Positions 35,898 to 44,298 of a stretch of 64,000 nt of DNA are shown in pieces. The stretch is taken from NCBI GenBank assembly GCA_050953885.1, contig JBMNNJ010000001.1:335437-399436 (forward strand), given 5' to 3'. A program made the translations under genes and the position numbers. This stretch comes from Patescibacteria group bacterium. GTDB lineage: Bacteria; Patescibacteriota; Microgenomatia; 0-14-0-10-38-17. The notes beneath the pieces were generated by a model. The model saw nothing but the letters and a program-made list of their open reading frames with translations. It searched no databases and was not told the origin of the DNA. Each line of letters begins with the position of its first letter. The stretch's first letter is position 1.

Positions 35898-36488
35898 TTA
35901 TGGCAAACAAGAATAACAACCGTCGGGAGTTGCACCCAAGTCATCATTAGTGCAGTCACCCGGACAAGCCTCGGTGACAGGAAAATCAGCCGGTAATTCG
36001 CCAAAATCTCCCTGGCCAGAACAACGGTACCAAGCATCATCTTTAAATGATGAAGATTTAGGAATAAAACAAGCGTAAGTGCTACTCCCCTGTTTGCCAT
36101 CATTATAAATCCAAAGATGGTTATAACCTTCCGCATCAATCCTGCTCACAAACGACTCTTTAATTTCCGCTGCTCCCCCTGACGATAATTTACCCAAAAC
36201 AGAATCATCTCCGCCGTTTTCAATCCAGTCGGCACGTACTTCTGTAAAAGGCAATGTCGGATCTGATATGGTAGGATCTGCCGATGTTTGCCAAGGATAA
36301 AATCCTTTTGTCGCATAATAACGATCAACGGCATTAATTAATTGCTCGGCATCGGAACGAGTTGAGGTGTCACGTGAGCGATTCATTTGTTCCACTGGGT
36401 TAATCGCCGATAAAACCGCCACTGCTAAGATTCCCAAGAGGGTAATAACGATTAAAAGCTCAATTAAGGTAAAACCTTTATTTTTCAT
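35898..36488 (-). CDS. pilA: Type IVa pilin, candidate major pilin
   Basis: MKNKG|FTLIELLIVITLLGILAVAVLSAI with C-terminal Cys pairs. The strongest RBS in the locus (AAGGAGGTGAGG) is immediately upstream. Confidence 0.7.
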   Translation of the reverse strand: MKNKGFTLIELLIVITLLGILAVAVLSAINPVEQMNRSRDTSTRSDAEQLINAVDRYYATKGFYPWQTSADPTISDPTLPFTEVRADWIENGGDDSVLGKLSSGGAAEIKESFVSRIDAEGYNHLWIYNDGKQGSSTYACFIPKSSSFKDDAWYRCSGQGDFGELPADFPVTEACPGDCTNDDLGATPDGCYSCLP

Positions 36489-36609
36489 TTTTCCTCACCT
36501 CCTTTTCTTAGTAAAATTCCAAATTGCAAATAACAAATTACAAAAAAATAATTCGCTCATTCGCGTCTATTCGTTTCTCATTCGTGTCAATTCGCGTCTT
36601 TCAGTAATT

Positions 36610-37821
36610 TTAAAATTGAGAAGTAAGGTTATATATCGGCATAATCACTGCGATTACCAAAAACCCCACTCCCAACCCTAATATAATCATAATAATCGGC
36701 TCGATGGCCGCTGTCAAGCCCTTAATCGCCGCCTCAGTTTCACTTTTAAAATAGGTGGCCACTTTTGCCAGCGCCTCGTCTAAATTACCGGTGCCTTCTC
36801 CCACCGCCACCATCTGATAAAAAATAGGGGGAATTATTTCTCCCGAAAGTGAAAGCATTTCGGAAAGAGAACGGCCTTTTTCCACCCCTCGCGCCGCCGC
36901 TTTAATTGTCTCCCGAAAAAGGCTGTTGTTCGCCACGCCGGCGACAATATCCAAGGCTTCAACCAAGGGAAGACCGGTTTCCACCAATAAACTTAAGGTA
37001 CGAGCGATATTGGTTAAATTGGTTTTCTCCTGCAAAGGGCCAACTATTGGCAGTTTTAAAATCAAGCGATCTATTTGCTTGGCCCCTTCCGGCGTGCGTC
37101 GAAAGGCAATAAAACCATATACTGCCACTGCCAAAATTATCAAAACTATCCACCAAAAACGCACCATCGCCCCGGAAATAGCCATTAAAATCTTCGTTGG
37201 CGTGGGCAAATCCGCCCCCAGCTCACTGTAAAGCGAGGTCATCTGGGGAATAACCGCCACCATCATAATAATCGCCACCACCACCATCGCCACAATAACA
37301 ATCACCGGATAAATCATCGCCCCCTTAATATTGCCACGAAAGTTCTTCTCCTCCTCCATATCCTCAGCCAAACGAAGTAAAACTTTATCCAAAACCCCGG
37401 CCGCCTCTCCTGATTTAACCGAGGCAATATAGGCTTGGTTAAAAATGTGCGGGTAACCGGCCAAGGCTTCACCCAAACTCATCCCCCCCTCAACTTTTCG
37501 CAAAATTTCCTCCACCGTGGGTGCAAATTTCGGACTCACTTGCTCTTTAAGGGAAAAAAGAGCGTCGTTTATCGGCAGGCCAGCATTAACCATGGTGGAA
37601 AGCTGGCGGGTAAAAACCACCACCTCATCGGCAGAAACCTTGCCTTTTTTACCAAAAGATAAATTCTGCAGGTCAATCTTCATCCCTCCCCCCTCCCGCA
37701 GATCAATCACAAAAAACCCTCTTTCCTTAAGTAGAGAAAGGGCTTTTTCTTTGGTAGCCGCCTCCACTGTTCCCTCCACCGTTCGGCCGCCAGCGTCTTT
37801 GGCTTTATAAGAAAACTCCAT
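36610..37821 (-). CDS. pilC: Type IV pilus inner-membrane platform protein PilC (GspF family)
   Basis: Two GspF repeats (GMSLGEALAGYPHIFNQAYIASVKSGEAAGVLDKVL... and SLSEMLSLSGEIIPPIFYQMVAVGEGTGNLDEAL) and three TM segments. Confidence 0.85.
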   Translation of the reverse strand: MEFSYKAKDAGGRTVEGTVEAATKEKALSLLKERGFFVIDLREGGGMKIDLQNLSFGKKGKVSADEVVVFTRQLSTMVNAGLPINDALFSLKEQVSPKFAPTVEEILRKVEGGMSLGEALAGYPHIFNQAYIASVKSGEAAGVLDKVLLRLAEDMEEEKNFRGNIKGAMIYPVIVIVAMVVVAIIMMVAVIPQMTSLYSELGADLPTPTKILMAISGAMVRFWWIVLIILAVAVYGFIAFRRTPEGAKQIDRLILKLPIVGPLQEKTNLTNIARTLSLLVETGLPLVEALDIVAGVANNSLFRETIKAAARGVEKGRSLSEMLSLSGEIIPPIFYQMVAVGEGTGNLDEALAKVATYFKSETEAAIKGLTAAIEPIIMIILGLGVGFLVIAVIMPIYNLTSQF

Positions 37822-38182
37822 AATTAATATAGAAAGATTATCGTCGCAACAAAAGTCAAAATCAAAATCGTTAAAAGTCTAAATTTAAGAGCTAAAATTC
37901 AAAATGTAATCCACCAGCTGGCGGACAAAATTATTCCTGTAACCGTCCCGTAACCGTCATTCCTGAATTAAATTCAGGACAGGCTCTGACGAATCCGCCA
38001 GCTGGCGGACAGAATCTGCGTTCTTTAAACATTAATAACGATTCTGAATCAAGTTCAGAATGACGCTAATCATGGCCGTCATTCTGACAAATCCACCAGC
38101 TAACGGACAAAAGTTAAAAGTTTTTTACTCTACTTTTGAATTTTGACTTGTACTTTTGACTTTTGCATTTTGACTTTTAACT

Positions 38183-39253
38183 TTATCGCCCTACCTGCCT
38201 CATTAATTCCCGGGGTCGTAAAGCATAAGCCTGGGCTGTTTCCAAACTCACTTTCCCCTCGTTAACCAATTTCGCCAACGAGGTTTCTAAATTAACCATT
38301 CCCGCTTCCTGCGAGGTTTGAATAACATTATCAATCAAATGGCTTTTGCCTTCCCGAATAGCCGTTTTAATCGCCACGCTCCCCGTCATTACCTCGCAAA
38401 CCGGCAAGCGCCCTCCTCCCAAGGCCGGCACCAAACGCTGGGAAATCACTCCCTCCAACACCTGGCTAAACTGGGTTCTCACCTGTTCCTTCGCCCCCTC
38501 TGGAAAAATATCCACAATCCGGTCCACCGTTTGCGCCGCCGAGTTGGTATGAAGAGTTGAGAAAACCAAATGGCCGGTTTCGGCAATGGTGAGGGCGGCG
38601 GCAATCGTTTCCAAATCCCGCATTTCCCCCACAAAAACCACATTCGGATCTTCCCGCAAACAGGAACGCAGGGCCAAATCCCAAGAATGGGTATCGCGGT
38701 TAATTTCGCGTTGGGAGATAATTGCCTCTTTGGGCTCAAAGGTAAACTCCACCGGATCCTCCACCGTTACAATGTGGCATTTCTTCTTTTGATTAATCTC
38801 CTCAAGCATCGCCGCAATCGTGGTTGATTTACCATGACCGGTAGGGCCGGTAACTAAAACAAAGCCTTGTTTAATTTTAATAAAATCGTGACAAATAGAA
38901 GGCAAGGAAAGTTCGTCTATCTTCTTAATTGCCTTGGGAATAACCCTTAAAGAAGCCGCCAAAGTGCCTTTTTGATGATAAGCATTAATCCGGAACCTTG
39001 CCTCACCGGGTAAATCAAAGGAAAAATCCAGCTCTAAATTGGTATTGATTATTTCTTTTTGCTCCTCGGTACAAATTGAAAAAACCATTTCCTCAATTTC
39101 CTGCGGCAGGAGATTTTTCTCGTCCGGGAGTAAAAAAAGTTCACCATCAATACGCACCGTTGGCGGCAAATTAGCCAAAAGATGCAAATCGGAGGCCTCC
39201 CTTTTTAAGGCCTGATCTAAAAATCGTTTAAGTTTGGGAGTGGGTTGGATCAT
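38183..39253 (-). CDS. pilT: Type IV pilus retraction ATPase PilT
   Basis: Walker A GPTGHGKSTT, Asp box, Walker B VFVGEMRD, His box HLVFSTLHTNSAAQTVDRI, and the PilT-specific C-terminal region. Confidence 0.85.
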   Translation of the reverse strand: MIQPTPKLKRFLDQALKREASDLHLLANLPPTVRIDGELFLLPDEKNLLPQEIEEMVFSICTEEQKEIINTNLELDFSFDLPGEARFRINAYHQKGTLAASLRVIPKAIKKIDELSLPSICHDFIKIKQGFVLVTGPTGHGKSTTIAAMLEEINQKKKCHIVTVEDPVEFTFEPKEAIISQREINRDTHSWDLALRSCLREDPNVVFVGEMRDLETIAAALTIAETGHLVFSTLHTNSAAQTVDRIVDIFPEGAKEQVRTQFSQVLEGVISQRLVPALGGGRLPVCEVMTGSVAIKTAIREGKSHLIDNVIQTSQEAGMVNLETSLAKLVNEGKVSLETAQAYALRPRELMRQVGR

Positions 39254-39470
39254 TTTGTTAATATACGCGAATTAACACGAATAAAAGCGAATGGACGCGA
39301 ATGAACGAATAGATGGTGCAAAAATAATTTAAAAGCAAAAGTCAATCCGCCAGCTGGCGGATCAAAATTGCAAGTCAAAAGTTAATCCGCCAACTGGCGG
39401 ATTGAATTTTGACTTGTACTTTTGACTTTTAAATTTTAACTTTTGAATTTCATTTATACTTGATGCTTTT

Positions 39471-41177
39471 TTAGTCTCTTACCACCCTCACCACTTCTTC
39501 CATTGTACTTACTCCCTCCACCACTCGCAAGTAGCCATCCTGCAACATCGTAATCATCCCTTCCTCAACCGCTTGTTTTTCAATTTCTCCGGCCGGCGCC
39601 CTTTCCAAAATCAGTTTAACAATTTTTTCACTTACCGACAAGACCTCAAAAATACCTACCCGACCATAATAGCCGGTATTGTTGCACTGCTCACACCCCT
39701 TCCCCCGGAAAAACTTAATTTCTTCTTTTTTCTTCGGCAAGATCTTCCCTAAAACGGCTGACAATTCGTCTAAATTTGTCTTGTCGGGTTGATATTCCTC
39801 CCGGCAATTAGGGCAAATTCGCCGGGCAATCCGCTGGCCTACCACTAAAGAAAGAGAAGAGGCTAGTAAAAAGGGTTCCGCTCCCAAATCCAAAAGCCGC
39901 GGAATCGTTCCCGCCGCCTGATTAGTATGAAGAGTAGAAAAGACCAAATGGCCGGTAAGCGAAGCCTGAATAGCCAGTTCGGTCGTTTCCTGATCACGGA
40001 TCTCCCCCACCATGATAATATCCGGGTCTTGGCGTAAAAAAGAACGCATCGCGGAAGCAAAAGTCAGGCCCGCCTCGCGGTTCACCTGCACTTGGGTAAT
40101 TCCCTTAATTTCATATTCCACCGGATCCTCAATCGTCATAATGTTTAGCCCGGGATTATTAATACGGGTAATAGCCGAATAAAGGGTGGTTGTTTTTCCC
40201 GAACCGGTGGGGCCACAAACAATAATAATCCCGTTAGGCTTTAAAATCGCTTCCTCAACTCGTTTTAACCCCAGTCCTCGCAAGCCTAATTCCGGCAAAT
40301 CGGGCACACCGCCGCTGGAACGCAAAAGCCGCATCACAATTTTCTCTCCCCAAATTGTTGGGGCAGAAGAAACCCGTAAATCTACTTCCTCCTCTCCCGC
40401 TTTAAATTTAAAACGTCCATCTTGGGGAATTCTTTTTTCGTCAATTTTCATCCCCGACAAAATTTTGATCCGGGAAATCAACGCCTCATGAATAGTTTTA
40501 GGAAGTAAAAGCTTTTCGTGCAAAACCCCGTCAATGCGGTAGCGCACCCGCGTATTCTCCGGTTGCGGCTCAATATGAACATCCGACGCCCGTGAGGAAA
40601 CGGCAAATTCCAAAATCGTCGAGACCACCTTAGCAATCGGCGCTTCCCGAATCACCGTTCCCAGTTGACGAATATCAATTGCCTGGCTTTTGGGAACCGC
40701 CAATTCTTCCTCCATTGCCTGAGAAACTTCCGCCACCAGTGTTCCACCATAGCGCTCTTTAATCGCCTCCTCAATTTCTCCCTCCTCTGCCAAATAGGGG
40801 ACAACCTTACTCCCCGTCTTTTTCTCCAAAAATTCAATCGCCTCCAAGTCCAAGGGGTTAACCATCGCCACCGCCAGTTCATTTTTCTGACGATCAAATC
40901 GGAGGGGAATAAGCCGATAAGTCCGCGCCACCGCCTCGGAAACTAAAGCTACCGCTTCGGGAGAAACCGGTGTTTCCGCTAAAGAAACAAAAGGAAACCC
41001 CAGCACTTTAGCCCGCGCCCGCGTTAGTTCCTTTTTCTCTACCCAACCCTTTTCTTCAACCACCCTTTCCTCACTTAAACCTTTCTGGCTAGCCTCAACC
41101 GCTACCGTCTCCGCTTGTTCTTGGGTAAGCAACCCCTCCTCAACTAAAACCTTCAGCAAACCATTCTTAATTGCCAT
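39471..41177 (-). CDS. pilB: Type IV pilus assembly ATPase PilB (GspE family)
   Basis: An N-terminal GspII domain, Walker A CGPTGSGKTTT, HLVFSTLHTN, and the tetracysteine zinc motif CPNC...CEQC. Confidence 0.88.
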   Translation of the reverse strand: MAIKNGLLKVLVEEGLLTQEQAETVAVEASQKGLSEERVVEEKGWVEKKELTRARAKVLGFPFVSLAETPVSPEAVALVSEAVARTYRLIPLRFDRQKNELAVAMVNPLDLEAIEFLEKKTGSKVVPYLAEEGEIEEAIKERYGGTLVAEVSQAMEEELAVPKSQAIDIRQLGTVIREAPIAKVVSTILEFAVSSRASDVHIEPQPENTRVRYRIDGVLHEKLLLPKTIHEALISRIKILSGMKIDEKRIPQDGRFKFKAGEEEVDLRVSSAPTIWGEKIVMRLLRSSGGVPDLPELGLRGLGLKRVEEAILKPNGIIIVCGPTGSGKTTTLYSAITRINNPGLNIMTIEDPVEYEIKGITQVQVNREAGLTFASAMRSFLRQDPDIIMVGEIRDQETTELAIQASLTGHLVFSTLHTNQAAGTIPRLLDLGAEPFLLASSLSLVVGQRIARRICPNCREEYQPDKTNLDELSAVLGKILPKKKEEIKFFRGKGCEQCNNTGYYGRVGIFEVLSVSEKIVKLILERAPAGEIEKQAVEEGMITMLQDGYLRVVEGVSTMEEVVRVVRD

Positions 41178-41405
41178 CTTGCTTTTATAGTAAAGAAATT
41201 ATGCTAAAATGTCAATTGAAATAATAATAGCTCTATTGTGTAATTAGTTAGTTACTTTAAAAACTCAAAACGCAAATGTCAAACCTGCCTGCCGGCAAGG
41301 CAGGTCTACATGGCAAATGTTAAAACTTTTTAAAGCTTAAAATTGTTTTTCAGATTTGATCCGCCAGCTGGCGGATTGCGATTTACCATTTGAGTTTTTT
41401 TTATC

Positions 41406-42050
41406 GTGTTTCATTCTCTCATTATCACCGGCGCCAATAAGAAGAGAAGGGCAGGGGAAGCCGAAAAAATCCGCTCCCGATATAATTCCTGCCCCCTCGA
41501 GGTTGACCCCGATTGCCTTCTTCTTAATCAGGGCACAATCGAGGCTATCCGCCAGGCCAAAATCTGGCTTGCCAAAAAACCATTTTCCGGCCAAAAAAAA
41601 ATCGTGATCATTACGGAAGCGCAAAATTTAACCCTGCCAGCGCAAAACGCTCTTTTAAAAACCCTTGAAGAACCGCCCGCCCATTCTTTAATTATCCTCA
41701 CCACTCCCAATCCCGCTCTTCTTTTACCAACAGTAGTTTCCCGTTGCCAAGTAATTCATCTTCAACCCAAAGAAAATGCCCTTTTAAAAAAAATTTCCCC
41801 TTATCAAGAAATTTATCAAAAAACGATAGCAGAAAAAGTTATCCTCGCCCAAGAAAAAGGCGCCACCTTTGAAAGCGCTAAGAGCTGGTTACGAGAGCAA
41901 AGAAAATTTTGGCAAGAAAAAGCTTCGGAAAATTTGCCGGAAGCTTCTTTCTGGCTTGAAAAAACTCTTGTTGGCGAGCAAATGCTCAAACAAAATGTTT
42001 CTCCCCGACTGGCGTTAACCTACTTCCTTCTTTGGCTCCAAAAAGAATAA
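41406..42050 (+). CDS. holB: DNA polymerase III delta-prime subunit-like protein (short, 214 aa, no intact Walker A)
   Basis: The clamp-loader sensor region NALLKTLEEPP...ILTTPNPALLLPTVVSRCQVIHL (SRC motif) is present; the N-terminal ATP-binding region is absent or degenerate. Confidence 0.65.
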   Translation: MFHSLIITGANKKRRAGEAEKIRSRYNSCPLEVDPDCLLLNQGTIEAIRQAKIWLAKKPFSGQKKIVIITEAQNLTLPAQNALLKTLEEPPAHSLIILTTPNPALLLPTVVSRCQVIHLQPKENALLKKISPYQEIYQKTIAEKVILAQEKGATFESAKSWLREQRKFWQEKASENLPEASFWLEKTLVGEQMLKQNVSPRLALTYFLLWLQKE

Positions 42051-42333
42051 ATTCCCTCTGGAAGAGGACGTTTAAAGCTGATATAATAGAAGTTGCCCTT
42101 AAATTAACACGAATAGAAAACGAAAATTGTATTTTGTATTTGGTATTAATTATAATTCAAAATTCAAAAGTCAAAAGTCAAAATTGTAAGTCAAAAGTTA
42201 AAAGTTTTTTGTTCTACTTTTGAATTTTAACTTGTAATTTTGACTTTTAACTTTTGACTTTTAACTTTTAGTTATTCTCTGTCCGCCAGCCGGTGGATTA
42301 ATTTTTGACTTTTGCATTAATTTATATTTTTCT

Positions 42334-44250
42334 ATGTCTTCTTCTAGCGATTATACCGCCGATAAAATCCAGGTTTTGGAAGGAATTGAGCCGGTGCGCC
42401 GTCGGCCGGGAATGTTTATTGGCTCCACCGACGCCAAGGGTTTGCATCATCTTTTAACAGAAATTATCGATAATTCGATTGATGAGGCCCTTTCCGGCAA
42501 CGCCCAAAACATCTGGGTTTATTTGCAAAAAGACGGCCAGGCGCGGGTGATTGATGACGGCCGGGGCATTCCCGTAGAAAAGCATCCCACCTTGGGCGTT
42601 TCCGCCTTGGAGGTGGCGATGACCCGCTTGCATGCTGGGGCCAAATTCCAAAAAGGCACCTATAAAGTCTCCGGCGGCTTGCATGGGGTAGGGGCCAGCG
42701 CCGTCAACGCTCTTTCGCAAAAAATGCGCGTCGAGGTGCGCCGCAATGGCAAATTGTATTATCAAGAATACCGCCGCGGCAAACCGCTGGCGCCAGTTAA
42801 AGAAATACCTCTTCCCAAAGGCGATCTTCCCCAAACCGGCACCCAAACAATTTTCTTGCCTGATCCGCAAATTTTTGAAGACACCAATTTTTCCCGCGCT
42901 AAAGTTGAGCAATCGCTAAGACTACGAGCCTATCTTATCCCGAAAATTTTTATTCATTTTTTCGATGAACGAGAGGGTTACCAAAAGCACTTCTATTTTG
43001 AAGGAGGAATTCGTTCTCTTTTAAAAAGAGCCAACCGCGATCATAAAAAAATTAGCCCAATCGTCTATATTTCTAAAAAAGACGAGAAGCTTAATTTAGA
43101 GGCGGAAGTTGCTTTCCAATATATTGACGACATTGAGGAAAATATTCAGTCCTTTGTTAATGTTATCCCCACCCCCGATGAGGGCACTCATGTTGCCGGC
43201 TTTCGCTCCGGCCTCACCCGCGTTATTAACGACTATGCCCTCGGGAAGAACCTCATTAAAGAAGGAGAAAAATTTAGCGGCGAAGACACCAAAGAAGGGC
43301 TAACGGCCATTATCTATATCAAGATGCCTTCGGAGAAAATCCAATTTGAATCGCAAACAAAAACAAAATTAAACAATAAAGAAGTGGGGCTTTTTGTCAA
43401 CCAAATCGTTCGGGAAGAACTGGCGACTTTCTTGGAAGAACATCCTTCAGAGGGTCGCAAAATTGTCGAGAAAATTAAAATCGGCCTGCAAGCCCGCTTA
43501 GCGGCTAAGGCGGCCCGGCAGGCAGTCTTGCGAAAAAGCGCCTTAGGCAGCGGCTCCCTGCCAGGAAAGTTAGCCGACTGTCAGGTCAAAAACCCCGAGC
43601 TGGCCGAACTTTTTATTGTCGAAGGCGATTCTGCCGGGGGCTCGGCCAAACAAGGTCGCGACCGGCGTTTTCAGGCCATTTTCCCCCTTAGAGGCAAGCT
43701 TTTAAACACCGAACAGGCGCGACTTGACAAAATTATTAAATTTGAAGAACTTAAAAACTTGGTGACTGTTTTGGGAATGGGTATTGGTGAAAGCCAAAGC
43801 CCGGAAAAACTCCGCTATCAAAAGGTGATTATTATGACAGACGCGGATGTTGATGGCGAACATATTGCTACCCTTCTTTTAACCTTTTTTTATCGCCATC
43901 TTCCCCACATTGTTGAAAACGGCTATCTTTATTTAGCCCAACCCCCTCTTTATAAAATTAGCGCCGGCGGGAAAGACCACTATGTTTATTCTGACAGCGA
44001 GAAAGAAGCCCTTTTAAAAAGCCTTAACAGCCAAAAAGTAAGAATCCAACGCTATAAGGGTTTGGGAGAAATGAATCCGGAACAGCTTTGGCAAACCACG
44101 ATGGATCCCAAAACAAGAATTTTAAAAAAGATTACCATTGAAGACATTCAGGAGGCGGACCACACTTTTGATATGCTTTTGGGCAAAGAAGTTTTGCCCC
44201 GCCGCCGCTTTATCCAAGCCAACGCCAAGTTAGCCGAATTAGATATTTAA
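42334..44250 (+). CDS. gyrB: DNA gyrase subunit B
   Basis: GHKL ATPase (LHHLLTEIIDNSIDEAL, GLHGVGASAVNALS), Toprim (EGDSAGGSAK, MTDADVDGEHI), C-terminal PLYKIS. Confidence 0.9.
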   Translation: MSSSSDYTADKIQVLEGIEPVRRRPGMFIGSTDAKGLHHLLTEIIDNSIDEALSGNAQNIWVYLQKDGQARVIDDGRGIPVEKHPTLGVSALEVAMTRLHAGAKFQKGTYKVSGGLHGVGASAVNALSQKMRVEVRRNGKLYYQEYRRGKPLAPVKEIPLPKGDLPQTGTQTIFLPDPQIFEDTNFSRAKVEQSLRLRAYLIPKIFIHFFDEREGYQKHFYFEGGIRSLLKRANRDHKKISPIVYISKKDEKLNLEAEVAFQYIDDIEENIQSFVNVIPTPDEGTHVAGFRSGLTRVINDYALGKNLIKEGEKFSGEDTKEGLTAIIYIKMPSEKIQFESQTKTKLNNKEVGLFVNQIVREELATFLEEHPSEGRKIVEKIKIGLQARLAAKAARQAVLRKSALGSGSLPGKLADCQVKNPELAELFIVEGDSAGGSAKQGRDRRFQAIFPLRGKLLNTEQARLDKIIKFEELKNLVTVLGMGIGESQSPEKLRYQKVIIMTDADVDGEHIATLLLTFFYRHLPHIVENGYLYLAQPPLYKISAGGKDHYVYSDSEKEALLKSLNSQKVRIQRYKGLGEMNPEQLWQTTMDPKTRILKKITIEDIQEADHTFDMLLGKEVLPRRRFIQANAKLAELDI

Positions 44251-44298
44251 TAATTTTTCTCTTGTTTAAGCTCTTTATTCATGTTAAACTAACTTTCT

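Noticed and set aside
35729-36139. A 136-aa minus-strand ORF overlapping the candidate major pilin gene in another frame.
   Set aside because: It overlaps a strongly supported prepilin gene (class III signal peptide, strong RBS) and has no features of its own.
36367-36681. A 104-aa plus-strand ORF between the major pilin gene and pilC.
   Set aside because: It spans the repeat-rich spacer and the 3' end of pilC on the opposite strand, and has no RBS or motif.
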